The notes under the pieces are model-generated. The model saw only the letters and a program-made list of their open reading frames with translations, had not been told where the DNA came from and searched no databases. Positions 12,075-25,800 of a stretch of 64,000 bases of DNA are shown here, piece by piece. The DNA is from Octopus sinensis. Its lineage: Eukaryota. Positions within the stretch are counted from its first letter, which is position 1. Every line of letters starts with the position of its first letter. Location of the stretch: the NCBI RefSeq assembly GCF_006345805.1, contig NC_043008.1, positions 62,248,001 to 62,312,000 on the forward strand, in the 5' to 3' direction. A program made the position numbers and the translations under genes.

Positions 12075-12478
12075 CTTTTACTCTTTTACTTACTTCCGTC
12101 ATGTGAATGTGGCCATGCTGGGGCACTGCCTTTAGTCATGCAAATCGACCCAAGGACTTATTTTTTGTAAGCCTGGTACTTATTCTAGCACACTAGCATC
12201 GGTTGTCAAGCGATGTTGGGGTGACACAGACACACAAACATACACACACGCACACACACGCACACACACACACACGCACGCACATACACACATACACATA
12301 TATACATATATACGACGGGCTTCTTTTAGTTTCCGTCTACCAAATCCTGTCACAAGGCTTGGGTCAGCCCGAGGTTATAGTAGAAGACAAGACATTTGCC
12401 CAAGGTGTCACACAGTGGGACTGAACCCAGGGCCATGTGGTTGATAAGCAAGCTACTTACACCACATAGCCACTCCTG
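12075..12478 (-). mobile_element. SINE family A
   Basis: Reverse complement of the A consensus. Confidence 0.8.
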
Positions 12479-12924
12479 TATGTAAAAATATTACAGAATC
12501 AAGTATAATCAAGAGTCCCTGAAAGTGGGTGACTGCTTTTATTGATGTATCTATTGAACAATTCATTGTTACACATATTTAAACAACTACACAACTACAT
12601 AACTAGAGTTATTATACTAATTGTGCTTTCTGTAACTTGGTATTTTATCAATAGTAACAGGTCACCTAATAAATGACATCACTGACATCCTCTCAAATTG
12701 ATACTGCACAAGAGCTATAAAATAGATGGCCAGCAAAGGAACAAAGGTGAAATATTTTCAGCTATAGAATAATGTTTTTATATATAGAAGGTTCCAAAAC
12801 ATATATAGAGAACATTGCATCACAACATATACAGTTCATTGCTAAAGCATATATGGAATATTGCTAAAATATACATACATATATACATAGGCATCAATGT
12901 AAACATCACATTTCTCTTTCTCTT

Positions 12925-13332
12925 TTCTCTCTTTTACTTGTTTCAGTCATTTGACTGCAGCTATGCTGGAGCACCGCCTTTAGTCGAGCAAATCGACCCC
13001 CAGGACTTATTCTTTGTAAGCCTAGTACTTATTCTATCGGTCTCTTTGGCTGAACTGCTAAGTTACTGGGACGTAAACGCAGCAGCATCAGTTGTCAAGT
13101 GATTTTGGGGGACAAACAAAGACATACACACAAACATATACCCACACATACATATATATATATATACATATATATGACAGGCTTCTTTCAATTTCCATCT
13201 ACCAAATCCACTCACAAGGCTTTGGTCAGCCCAAGGCTATAGTAGAAGACACTTGCCCAAGGTGCCACGCAGTGGGACTGAACCCAGAACCATGTGTTTG
13301 GTAAGCAAGCTACTTACCACACAGCTACTCCT
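12925..13332 (-). mobile_element. SINE family A
   Basis: Reverse complement of the A consensus. Confidence 0.8.
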
Positions 13333-13815
13333 ACGAACGTTCTGTGAATAAAGATAGAGGGACCTGAAAATATTATGCTAGACTTAGAAAAATATAGCAG
13401 TCAGAACTCTCCTCTTACAATAAGACAATATTTTACAACGTTTTTGCAGTACCAGTGCTAATTCCAACATTTAGGATATTTGACTGATCTGAAAGAAAAT
13501 CCACTCTATGGAAATTAAAACTTGCACGATCCTGATATCAGCTGAAAAATCTCCACAGAAATAGTGATGTCAGCAGGCTCTGCCTAAGAAGATATGAAAA
13601 AAGTAGAGGCTTGAGATAAGTACAATCAACCTTTGAACGTCATAATAGTCTCTATCAAGAAGCACTTGCTAAACAAGCAGCAAGAATAAATACATTAACT
13701 TAGTGCTGAAAAGTAAAGAGAACAATATCCAATGTGTTGGCAGAGAGCTCTTCAGGAAGTGCTCTCTTCCTGATGCCTTTTGATACAACCCCAAAACTGT
13801 TGGACTAACATACCG

Positions 13816-14031
13816 TAACCTTTTCATTACTGTATTTTTTTTTTTAGATGCTCTGTGTTTCTTTCAGTTATTTTAAATTTAACAAAGAATTTAGTATAAT
13901 AACTTAGTTATCATTAAGCTAGTGTTAGGAACATTAATTATGGCTAAGCTTTGGTGGAAGATTTTAATTCAAAACTTATGAAAACAAGAGAGTCAGAGCC
14001 GGTTTCAGCCAGGTTGGTAATGAAGGGTTAA
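13816..14031. mobile_element. TTAA-CCCTT MITE
   Basis: taaccttttc...gaagggttaa; internal homology to the other copies. Confidence 0.75.
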
Positions 14032-14604
14032 GAAGATCAAAATGTGAAATGCTCAGCGCATTAAAAATAGATTAGGAATGGATATGCTTCCTAAAGACTT
14101 GAAGACAATGGCAATATCAACATGAAATACAGCCTCTCTTGGATTTGTGACTGCTGCATCACACCACATATCCAAAGCTTTGCATTTGCAATCCAAGGTA
14201 CAAAATACCTCATAAACAAAAGAGACAGTAAAGCCCTTTGCACACCAAGATGCAACCAGAAATATAGATTATGTTATATTTCTGTAGAAGACATCACACA
14301 TGTGATTAGCAGCTTCCCAGAAAATGTCATCAAGGCACTACATCCGTGTGACATGACATTGCCGCAAAAGCAATGAACAAAGCCATTCTGGAAAAAGACT
14401 GACCTGGAATAAATATAGAGAATCCTCCAGTAATTAAATACATACACAAATGCCACCATGAAGAATACTAGTGAAACAATTCTGTCAAGACATCTGTCAA
14501 GTGTGAACATAATAAACTGGACATTGCTGTTTGGTACAGAAAAGGAAAAGCATCACAGAGGTTAGTTGTTCTACTAATGTGAATATCTCTTAGAAAATCT
14601 GTAT

Positions 14605-14935
14605 TCATCATCATCATCATCATAATCATCAATTAACGTCCTCTTTCCATGCTAGCATGGGTTGGACGATTTGACTGAGGACTGGCGAACCAGAGGGCTG
14701 CACCAGGCTCCAATCTGATCTGGCAGAGTTTCTACAGCTGGATGCCCTTCCTAATGCCAACCACTCCGAGAGTATAGTGGGTGCTTTTACATGCCACCGG
14801 CACGAGGGCCAGTCTGGCGGTACTGGCAATGGCCTCACTCAAAATGGTGTCTTTTACATGCCACCTGCACAGGAGTCAGTCCAGCAGCACTGGCAATGAT
14901 CTCACTCGAATGTTTTGTTCACATGCCATCGACAC
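14605..14935 (-). mobile_element. Family C RTE-type tail element
   Basis: (CAT)n followed by the reverse complement of the 9020 element. Confidence 0.75.
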
Positions 14936-15835
14936 ATTATAAATTCACATTTATACCAATAATAATTGGTGCACTTGGTTTGTGGGTAAATGCCTAAGTA
15001 ACAATCTAGATAAGCTAGAATTTTTTCAAGAAAAGGAATCAGCTAATTATCTCATGCACTACAAGTAGAATCTGTAAGTGGAACAATAAAAATATGCAAG
15101 GCTTTCCTCAAGGTTAAAATGTGACATTGTTTTTGTTATCTTCATCTAATGATGGAGCTTTGTATCTTTGTAATAAAGCAGCTTCTTATATTACAGGAAG
15201 ATTTCAAATAATTTAAAACAGAAGATTCCATATACATTCACACAGTCACACACACACACACACACACACACATACATACATGCATGCATATATACACAAA
15301 TGCATACATGCATACATACATATATGCATACATACATAAATACATGCATACATATATATGTAGGTACACATGCATGCACACATACATGCATACATACATA
15401 CATACATACATACATACATACACACACATACATATGCACACATGCAATGCACATACACACACACACATATATATATATAAATAATGTTGACCATTGCCAA
15501 AACTGAATCCTAAAGAATAGGGTTCTTGTGTTTGTAGCTTTGTCATTATAAGATGTAGTATTTGTAATGAGTTTAAATAATTTAGCTGTATTTTGTTCAT
15601 TTGTGGAGTGAGCTTAAGGGAAACACTTTCATTGATGTGTCTAGTAGTTATAGCTTTAGACTTTAGAAAGATACGAGATCAACATATTTCTATAAAAGGA
15701 TACTTTCAAACTCTCTGTTCAGTGACACAGTGCATATTTAGTGCAAAAATCTGATTTGGTTATGGAGAACATCTGTGCACAAAAAGTTAAAGAGAAATCA
15801 GGGGTAGTATTATTTATGCAGGATTATGTTTTATT

Positions 15836-16175
15836 AGAAGGTGCATGGCTCAGTGGTTTGAGCGCCGAACTTACGATCATGAGGTTGTGAGCTCGAATCC
15901 CGGACCGGGCTGTGTGTTGTGTTCTTGAGCAAGACACTTTATTTCACGTTGCTCCAGTTCACTCAGCTGTAGAAATGAGTTGCGATGCCACAGGTACCAA
16001 GCTGTATTAACCCTTGCCTTTCCCTTGGATAATACTGGTGGTGTGGAGAAGGGAGGCTGGTATTCATGGGCAACTGCTGGTCTTCCATAAACAATCTTGC
16101 CCAGACTTGTGCCTGGGAGGGTAATTTTCTAGGTGCAATCCCATGGTCAGTGTCGTGACTGAAGGGGGTCTCTGA
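15836..16175 (+). mobile_element. tRNA-derived SINE with cttgagcaagacacttt...ccagttcactcagctgt core (Meta/MESC-like)
   Basis: A box tggctcagtgg, B box ctcgaatcc; core partly shared with the 4678 element. Confidence 0.65.
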
Positions 16176-17164
16176 TGTTTTATTAGACACCAGAGTAAGT
16201 GCGTTATTATTGAAGAAAAGTGTGGGAAACATAACTGAATGTCAGAATATACTAGTTTGGTGAGAGTTTATCACTGTAAACTCTAATGGAGAAATTTCAG
16301 AAGAAACCTTTGATTTAGTGATAAAAGAGTGAACATTAAATTATTACAGCAGGAAATATATACATATGTCAAGCCAATCTTTTTTGCTTTATTTTCATTA
16401 TTCCCTTTTCTTCATGTCCTTTGTCTATTTGGTCAGGTATGGTTAACAATCACCGAGGAAAAGTCTGACAAGAGTGGATATGTAATATATTTTATCTTCA
16501 AGAAAATATATCAAGACTCGTGTGTGTTCTTGCTTTATTCACTGAACTGTTGCATAAATGTCACTGCAGTGGTGAAAGTAACAGGAGTTTGGTAGAAATT
16601 CTTTGAAGATAACAACAGTTGTCTCTAACTTTAGAAAATCAGTCAACCTACACAAACACTAACAAACCGATAGCAATGAAACTTTTTATTTCATAAGATG
16701 CCAAGAAAGAATTGAAATAAACTAAGAAAACTCATTAACTTAATATTTTACTGCTTCACAGAATTTGTGATGGTCAGATGTCTCCATATGTTAATATTGT
16801 TCATTCCTCGTTGCTTCAAAATATTTCTTCCATGTTTGTTACATCAATTTTTCTAAAGAGATTATTTTTCTGTAGTAAAACCTATAATTAATGATTCACA
16901 TATGTTGTGGTAGTCATAATCTTGTCGTAACTGTGTGTAATAGAGAGGGTGGCAAATAAAGATAGTAGAAATGGTATAAAAGATGAAAGTGGTGTGGTGA
17001 CACATAACACTAAACACATCCTTTGGATGTATCTTGTCTTTTATATATATTACAGACACAATGTGTGAGGAAAAGAATGATAATTACACTGGGTGCATCC
17101 ACTTATTTCGTGTATCCATGGAACAAGAGACATTACGAATAAAGACATATCCATAACCATTTAG

Positions 17165-17625
17165 TGGCTGTGTGGTAAGTAGCTTGCTTACCAACCACAT
17201 GGTTCCAGGTTCATTCCCACTGCATGGAACTTTGGGCAAATGTTTTCTCCTATAGCCTCAGGCCGACCAAAGCCCTGTGAGTGGATTTGGTAGACGGAAA
17301 CTGAAAGAAGCCCGTCGTATATATGTATATATATATATATATATTATATATATATATATATATTATATATATATATATATATTATATATATATATATATT
17401 TATATGTATGTATGTGTGTGTATGTGATTGTCCCCCCAACATCTCTTGACAACTGATGCTGATGTGTTTGCATCCTCATAACTTAGCAGTTCGGCAAGAG
17501 GGACCAATAGAATAAGTACTAGGCTTACAAAGAATAAGTCCTGGGGTCAATTTGCCCAATTAAAGGCGGTGCTCCAGCATGGCCGCAGTCAAATGACTGA
17601 AACAAGTAAAAGAGTAAAGAGTAAG
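17165..17625 (+). mobile_element. SINE family A, full length
   Basis: A and B boxes, both modules, aaagagt tail. Confidence 0.85.
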
Positions 17626-17654
17626 CGTATCCATAATCAGTTAGCATGTATGAT

Positions 17655-17795
17655 GACGGGGGGCTGAAAAGTTCCTGGCTTTGAGTAAAAGTAAATACGA
17701 GAAGATCAGTTAATTATGGTTTTATTCAGCATATTCCCCTCTCAGATTCATACAGTCATTGCAGTGTTCCTTAGTTTTTCTAAGCCCTGTAAAAA
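17655..17795 (+). mobile_element. Mariner-like DNA transposon end
   Basis: acggggggctgaaaagttcctggc resembles mariner TIR starts; other end not found. Confidence 0.5.
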
Positions 17796-18000
17796 CACAG
17801 AGAATCGAGACATGCAACATAAAGAATATTCCCCTTCATCAGTTGTCTCTCTTTCATCTACTCCACATTGCGAAGGCAAGGACATGAAGCGACTTTGTTC
17901 AAACAGTCCTTCCCGCAAAGCAAATTAAATAAAATTTGGGATTTTTTACAGAGGGTGAAAGTGGTAACAAGAACAGGACAGTGAGAACAAAACAGTAAAA
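17795..18000 (-). repeat. Repeat related to 58940-59090; possible Penelope-like tail fragment
   Basis: Shared aatattccccttcatcag...aattaaataaaatt. Confidence 0.45.
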
Positions 18001-18759
18001 ACAAACGGTGAGGGCTGTTGAGCCAAGACGACAGAAAAATTATTATGAATGCTAGGAGGATGAGCTATGAGAGGAGACAGGTATAAACACATGTTGTCTT
18101 TAGGAAGGAAATGGGCAGAAAGATAGATTCCCTTTCGTCACGTATCAGTGACGAGAGAGTCAAGGAGGAAGAGTGAGAGAGAGGGAACGGTGAAGAGGAG
18201 AGGAGAAGAATAAAGAAGGGTGGGAGAGAAAACCAGAAAGGATGAAGAACAAGAGAGGGCGAGAGATAGACAGAGAAGAGATAGTAGAGATAGAAGAGTG
18301 CGCCATAATGTAAGAGTACAGCTTTGGATGCAAGTCTGATGAAGTGCCTCTCTAATGTATAAAACCGAAAATATTACTTAGCTTTTCACATGAATTTTTC
18401 GAAGTGCAATGAAAAAGAAAGAGTGATACACAAATAATTGTAACTGATAATTAAAGATGTGTTAAACTCTTTCTTCGTCTTGTTATTAGGATTGCATATG
18501 TGTTTGTTGTACTTGTTTGGATGTACATTTACATATTATATTTACATATATACACATGCACATATACATAATCCCAATAAGAACATGTAAGGCTTCAATG
18601 CAGTTTCCCTATACCACATTCACTCACAAAGCATTGAAGATATTTGCACAAGAAGTAGCAAAGACTGAACCTAAGGCAATACAATTCCAAAGCAAACCCC
18701 TTAACTGCATAACTATGTTTATATTTAGTGTTGTAGATCCTTTATATATTCAGTAATTT

Positions 18760-19125
18760 CATGATGATGATGCATTCCAATATTCTAAATCTGGCTTTGG
18801 CCGGATCCTTGGGAATGGCTGGATCCACCTCACTCTTACAGCAACTGCTTTCACACCATTTTGCCTGGTTCTGGGCGCCCTCCCTCCTCAAGCCAACCCT
18901 CCCAAACTCCTCCTCTACCTGTCCCCTCCACGTTTTATTTGGTCGACCTTGCTTTCACAGTTCATTCACTTTAAACTCAAGGACTTTCCTGAGAACATGG
19001 TCCTCAACACATGTCCATACCACCACACACCATTCACCCTTGCCAGCTGTTCCACCGATTCCTCCAACTCCAGCATCCCCATCAAGTCCTCAGCCCTCAT
19101 TTTATCCATAATCTTATTACTGGGC
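18760..19125 (-). pseudogene. RTE-clade LINE 3' end
   Basis: Minus translation WWYGHVLR..HVLRKVLEFKV..GRPNKTWRGQVEEE followed by a (CAT)n-type tail. Confidence 0.75.
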
Positions 19126-19650
19126 CAGCTTCTTTAATAGTAATAATTTGTTTGACAGTTGTACTAACTGTTAGTAATACTGACACATGAAGACTGTGTC
19201 TCAAAGCCAAATATTGTCTCAAGTTTTGGATCATACTATGTTTCTGAAACTTTTATCTTTTAACCAAAGTAATGAAATATTAAAGATATATCTTCACAAA
19301 TTATATCATTATTGTAAAGAATTATCTGATTTACTTTATCTAAAAGAAAACAAAACCCAGTTCCTTATCTTTAATTCAGTCCTATTCTAGTATCATATAG
19401 AATACATTATTACAAGCAGGTAAAAGGAAATGAGATGACAGAATGTAGTATACCAGACTGTCTTTATGTTCCAAGTTCATATTCTGCTGAGGTTAACTTT
19501 GTGTTCCATCCTCTGTAGATACCAAGTGAGTACAAATGACAATGTAATCGAATGGCTCCCCACCCCACCAATTTTCAGGCCTTGTGGCAATAGTAGAAAG
19601 GATTATTGGAAAGTAGAATTAACACATCACTTGGTTTAACACTTCCATTT

Positions 19651-19936
19651 ACATACGGGCATATGGCATAGTGGTTAAGAGCACAAGCTACTAACCCCAA
19701 GATTCCGAGTTTGATTCTAAGCAGTGACCTAAATAATAATAATAATAATAACAACAACAACGACGACGACAACAACAACAACAACAACAATATCGAACAA
19801 TACCTAAGGAATGAGAACCCAGGTTCGAAATTTCCCCAAGACATCTGATGAAGGCTGGAGAGTATATCAGCTGAAACATTGTGTTAACAACAAACAAGAT
19901 GACGACAAATATCCATCAAATGTAAATAATGTACAT
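19651..19936 (+). mobile_element. tRNA-headed SINE carrying a minimal hammerhead-ribozyme motif in its 3' part
   Basis: 10-bp TSD acttccattt (19641-50 and 19937-46); A box 19664-74; degenerate B box ~19709; (AAT)/(AAC) linker; CTGATGA-A-GGCTG..CAGCT-GAAAC at 19845-77. Confidence 0.75.
19840..19885 (+). ncRNA. Minimal type I hammerhead ribozyme motif, CpG-decayed
   Basis: Stem I GACAT/GTGTT, core CUGAUGA plus extra A, 5-bp stem II, GAAA, minimal stem III ACAT (ACGT likely ancestral). Confidence 0.6.
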
Positions 19937-20142
19937 ACTTCCATTTGGTATTTTGAGTAAATTTAGTGGAGTCTACTCTGTTGCAAATATTTAGGCCATG
20001 TCATTGTTTCTCAGAATACTTTTCTCTGTTCCATTCCCCAGTATAGAAGGCCCTTTAAAGGGTCATGCTCCCGCTTTCCTTCCTGGCTAAAAGCCAAAAA
20101 AGGATTGTCTTAAAAATAAATTTAATTATCCTTAAGGTGCAG

Positions 20143-20548
20143 GACTGACTGTGTGGTAAGTAGTTTGGTTACCAACCACATGGTTCTCGGTTCAGTCCCA
20201 CTGCGTGGCATCTTGGCCAAGTGTCTTCTAATATAGCCTTGGGCTGACCTAAGCATTGTGAGTGGATTTGGTAAATGGAAACTGAAAGAAGCCTATCATA
20301 TATATGTATGTATATATATATGTATGTGTGTGCATATGTTTGTGTGTCTGTGTTTGTCCACCCAGCATCGCTTGACAACCAATGGTGGTGTATTTACATC
20401 CCTGTAACTTAGCGGTTCGGCAAAAGAGACTGATAGAATAAGTACTAGACTTACAAAGAATAAGTCCTGGGGTCGATTTGCTTGACTAAAGGCGGTGCTC
20501 CAGCATGGCCACAGTCAAATGACTAAAACAAGTAAAAGAGTAAAAGAG
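20143..20548 (+). mobile_element. SINE family A
   Basis: Matches the A consensus. Confidence 0.8.
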
Positions 20549-20789
20549 AGAAATATGAATATAATGATGAATATGTATGAAGCATTGTTTACACACTCAT
20601 CCTGCCCTCAAACCAGTAGAATGTCAAGAACGTGAGAGGCAGTGGGAGAGAATGCCGCATCAGTAATAGGCTGGTATTCATTTGCAGCTGAATAGAATAA
20701 ATCAACACGAGGGAAAGTACCTTACTCAGAATACAAATGCCACTCCAAGAATTGAACACACAATCTTATGATCAGTATCCCAACACCCT

Positions 20790-21110
20790 AACAACTAGAC
20801 CTTGTGTAATTTTATGTAAATACTGATATAAATAAAAATAGATACATAAAACAAAAAACAAACTCTAACACCAATTTCCATTCTATAAAAGATTAAAGCT
20901 GAAATTGAATGACTAACATAGATTGATTTACAAGCAAGATAAAGTGAATTTATTAAAGGATTATCTGAATATAATACGTCTTCCAAATTGCTAAAATATC
21001 GGCAATGATCCACAAGGCATTTAAAGATGCTAGAGTTTCCATTTATGACATATTTGGAGACATGAAAAGAAATATTTCCATGCAGCAATCAGTTGAAGAA
21101 CACGAGAAAG
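20790..21110 (+). pseudogene. Highly degenerate RT fragment, R4/Dong-like
   Basis: [33 protein letters not shown] resembles the stretch preceding the QGDSLSP motif. Confidence 0.35.
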
Positions 21111-21188
21111 AAGCACAATAAATCTCAAATGGATTAGTATTTGCCAAACAATACACATGCACATATGCGTATATATATATATATATAT

Positions 21189-21301
<113 letters not shown>

Positions 21302-21763
21302 TATATATATATATGTATATATAGATATATGCATATATATCTATCTATATATATATGTGTATATATGCATATATATGTATATATGCATATATATATGTAT
21401 ATATATAAATAAATATATATATACATATATATATATATAAATATACATACATACATACGTACATACATACATAAATACATACATGCATACACACACACAT
21501 ATATACACACGCACACACATACACATATATATTTATGTATATATGCATGTATTTGTGTGTGCGTACACATAGTAAGAGAAAGAGGGCAGAAATGAGTCAA
21601 AGAGAGAAACTAAGAAGACATGAACACAATAGATAGGCAAAAACAAAGTTTACGCAGAACCATTTGCACACAAGCAATAAGTAAGTGGTGTTGATGGTGT
21701 ATATAATATACATAGATTTGAATGTATATGCGTATAAATATATAAATACATATGCATATTTAT

Positions 21764-21830
<67 letters not shown>

Positions 21831-22344
21831 GTACATATATATATGTATATATATATATATATGTATGTATGCATGTATGTATCTGTGTATATCTGATAAA
21901 TTGCTAAGCTAAAATAAACAGATGAAACATACCATTCTATGCATAATTCCTGTCTTTATCGTATAACATAGAAATCTTTGTAGCCATAAAACTATTGTGT
22001 TTATCTTAGAAATAAATATAATTTCATGTTCTAGATATTATTGTCTTTCTGTTGAGGGGAAATACACAAATATTTAGACGAAAAATTGTTCTTTTTGCTA
22101 GTGGAAATATATAAAGTGCTGACGAAAATTCCGATAAGTCAAGTTATGTCTGTTCTGTGAAGATCATTAAAGCAGATAGGTGTTTCTGTTAAAAGAGTTT
22201 GAGAGAGTTTTCCCAAGAAAACATATGAATACATTCAAACAACATAGAGAGAAGGGAATATTTATTGTGTATATATATTATATTTATATATACATACTAA
22301 CTTCTCAAAATCAATGTTATTTTTATTAATATTAATATTAGCAT

Positions 22345-22540
22345 TCTCCTCTTTCTTTTTCTTCTTCTTTGTCTTCTTCTTCTTCTTCTTCTTCTTCTTC
22401 TTTTTCTTCTTCTTCTTCTTCTTCTTCTTCTTCTTCTTTTTCTCCTCCTCCTCCTCCTTCTCTTCCTCCTTGTCTTTCTTCTCCTCCTCCTTCTCCTTCC
22501 TTGTTTCCTCCTCCTCCTCCGCTTCCTCATTTTTCTTTTT
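22345..22540. repeat. (CTT)n/(CCT)n microsatellite
   Basis: Direct inspection. Confidence 0.95.
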
Positions 22541-23269
22541 CTTTCTGATATTACTATTAGATCTGGCTGAATCATTACAGCTTTGGCAAAAGAGAATGCC
22601 TGCTGTATTTCTTCAGTGACTTGATGTTCTGAGTTCAATTCTTGCTGGGGGTCCAACTTTATATTTCATCCTTTTGTAGTCAGTAAGATTAAGTATCACT
22701 CAGGTACTGGAATCAATGGTAGCAGCTATCCCTGCTCACCTCAAAATTGCTGACCTTGTGGCTAGGCCAAATCATTAGTGTCCAGCACAAAATGCCTTGC
22801 ACAATTTCTTCTGACTCACTACATTCAAAAACTGTCATTTTTTTAAACTTCACAATCTGAATTCAAATTCTACTGAGGTCAAATTTGCCTTTCATCCTTT
22901 CGGGGTCAATAAAGTAAGTACCAGTTCAGCACTAGGGTTGATGCAACCAACTTGCCCTTCTCCTGAAATTGCTGGCCTTATGCCTATAGTAGAAAGATTT
23001 ATTATCATCTTCAATATTATTTACTACAGGCAGGCTCATAGATTACTTGAATTGTTGATACAACGAATACAATGTCTTTCAGATTTTGTTTCTGTTCATT
23101 ATATGCTAAGTTCAGATCCTGTTCAGGTTAGCTTTGATTTTTTATCAGTTTGGGGCACTTTAAAGTTCCACTCATGTGCTGCAATCTACAGTATCAACTA
23201 AGACTTCCTCTTAAATTAACTGGACTTTCAATATATACAGAAATCTGAGTTCAAATTCTTATTTCTTTA

Positions 23270-23500
23270 TTGCCCACCAGGGGCTAAACATAGAGGGGAC
23301 AAACAAGGACAGACAAAGGGATTAAGTTGATTACATCGACCGCAGTGCGCAACTGGTACTTAATTTATCGACCATGAAAGGATGAAAGACAAAGCCAACA
23401 TCAGCGAAATTTGAACTCAGAACGTAGCAACGGGCGAAATACTGCTAAGTATTTTGTCCTGCGTGCTAACGATTCTGCCAGCTCCCCTCCTTGCAAAATC
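23270..23500 (-). mobile_element. SINE family B
   Basis: Reverse complement of the B consensus. Confidence 0.8.
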
Positions 23501-24044
23501 TGAGTTCAAATTCTGTCAAGTTCGACTTTGCCTGTCTTCCCTTCGGGATCGATAAATTAAGTACACCCTCTCCCAAAATTTCGACCCTTGTGCCTAGAAT
23601 AGAAAAGAATATACACGGAAATCCATATCTCTCTCATCATCATTTTACAGCCATTTTCTCTCCTGGCTTACATTAGTCACCTTGGCATTGGTCATCATTC
23701 TAATCTACAGCGCACGACACAAACACATGCATGCACAACACACATATACACACCTACATGAACACACACATAGACACACACAGAAAACAGGTCGACATTA
23801 GTACCATGACTGATTTAGGTACAGTTTTATCTAACTGCACTTTATCAAAGCAGTAGCACTGGGCTGTACAGTTAATGAAATCGGTTCCAGAATAAGAGTA
23901 GAGCTCATTGTGTCAATGCTTAAAATGTTAAATATATGACTCCCCCAACAAGGTTTTAAACTCAGAATATATGTGTTATTTGACATCATTAGATCTTTAT
24001 ATGTTTCTGTCATAGCCATTTGTATGCAATTTGTATATCATACT

Positions 24045-24254
24045 CTTTTACACTTTTGCTTGTTTCAGTCATTTGACTGTGGCCATGCTGGAGCACCACC
24101 TTTTGTCAAGCAAATCAAACCCTGGACTTATTCTTTGTAAGCCTAGTACTTATTCTATCGGTGTCTTTTGCTGAACTGCTAAGTTACAGCGACGTAAACA
24201 CACCAGCATCGGTTGTCAAGCGATGTTGGGGAGAAACATGGACACACGACGCAA

Positions 24255-24341
<87 letters not shown>

Positions 24342-24502
24342 TACAACAGGCTTCTTTCAGTTTCCGTCTACCAAATCCACTCACAAGGCTTTGGTCGGCC
24401 CGAAGCTGTAGTAGAAGACACTTACCCAGGGTCCCACGGAGTGGGACTGAACCCAGAAACCTGTGGTTGGTAAGCAAGCTACTTACCACACAGTCACTCC
24501 TA
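24045..24502 (-). mobile_element. SINE family A
   Basis: Reverse complement of the A consensus. Confidence 0.85.
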
Positions 24503-25040
24503 CGCTTATGTTCATGTTCACTGTTTCATTATATATGTGTGACTAAGGCGGTGAGCTGGTAGAGACATTAGCACACCAGGCAAAACGCTTAGCAATATTT
24601 CGTCTGTCTTTATGTTCTGAGTTCAAATTCCACCGAGGTCGACTTTGCCTTTCATCCTTTCGGGGTGGATAAATTAAGTACCAGTTGCATATGGGGGTCG
24701 ATCTAATCGACTGCTCCCCTCCCCAAAATTTTCAGGCCTTGTGCCTTAAGTAGAAAAGATTATATAAGTGTGATTTACATAGATTATATCGATTTTATAT
24801 TTTGAATGATCAAAAATTTATTGAATTCCTTCGTCTTGAAGTCTTTTTTTTTTGCATAAATATTTTTCTCTGTTATCATTTCTTTAAGTTTACATTTTTC
24901 CCCAGTCTTAAATATATTTCAATTTTTCAACTTCTATTCTTTTCTATTTTTTTTTTACCTATGAACATTTCCAAACTATTAGCACATTCACATTTTTTTT
25001 TTTAAACTTGCATCTACTTAGGGTGTTTTTGTAAAATTAT

Positions 25041-25088
<48 letters not shown>

Positions 25089-25800
25089 TACAACAGGCTT
25101 CTTTCAGTTTCCGTCTACCAAATCCACTCACAAGGCTTTGGTCGGCCCGAAGCTGTAGTAGAAGACACTTACCCAGGGTCCCACGGAGTGGGACTGAACC
25201 CAGAAACCTGTGGTTGGTAAGCAAGCTACTTACCACACAGTCACTCCTACGCTTATGTTCATGTTCACTGTTTCATTATATATGTGTGACTAAGGCGGTG
25301 AGCTGGTAGAGACATTAGCACACCAGGCAAAACGCTTAGCAATATTTCGTCTGTCTTTATGTTCTGAGTTCAAATTCCACCGAGGTCGACTTTGCCTTTC
25401 ATCCTTTCGGGGTGGATAAATTAAGTACCAGTTGCATATGGGGGTCGATCTAATCGACTGCTCCCCTCCCCAAAATTTTCAGGCCTTGTGCCTTAAGTAG
25501 AAAAGATTATATAAGTGTGATTTACATAGATTATATCGATTTTATATTTTGAATGATCAAAAATTTATTGAATTCCTTCGTCTTGAAGTCTTTTTTTTTT
25601 GCATAAATATTTTTCTCTGTTATCATTTCTTTAAGTTTACATTTTTCCCCAGTCTTAAATATATTTCAATTTTTCAACTTCTATTCTTTTCTATTTTTTT
25701 TTTACCTATGAACATTTCCAAACTATTAGCACATTCACATTTTTTTTTTTAAACTTGCATCTACTTAGGGTGTTTTTGTAAAATTATATATATATATATA
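24334..25800. repeat. Perfect 747-bp tandem duplication with breakpoints in (TA)n tracts
   Basis: 24334 aligns to 25081 and 25031 to 25778; identical ORFs 24802..25005 and 25549..25752. Confidence 0.9.

Larger units (their letters stand above)
12480..14570 (+). pseudogene. Degenerate R4/Dong-like (REL-type) non-LTR retrotransposon with nested SINE and MITE
   Basis: Frameshifted translations YNVFAVPVLIPT, SDVSRLCLRR..RGL, AFAIQ..KY, CNQKYRLCYISVEDITHVISS and HNKLDIAVW resemble the post-RT, CCHC and REL regions. Confidence 0.65.
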
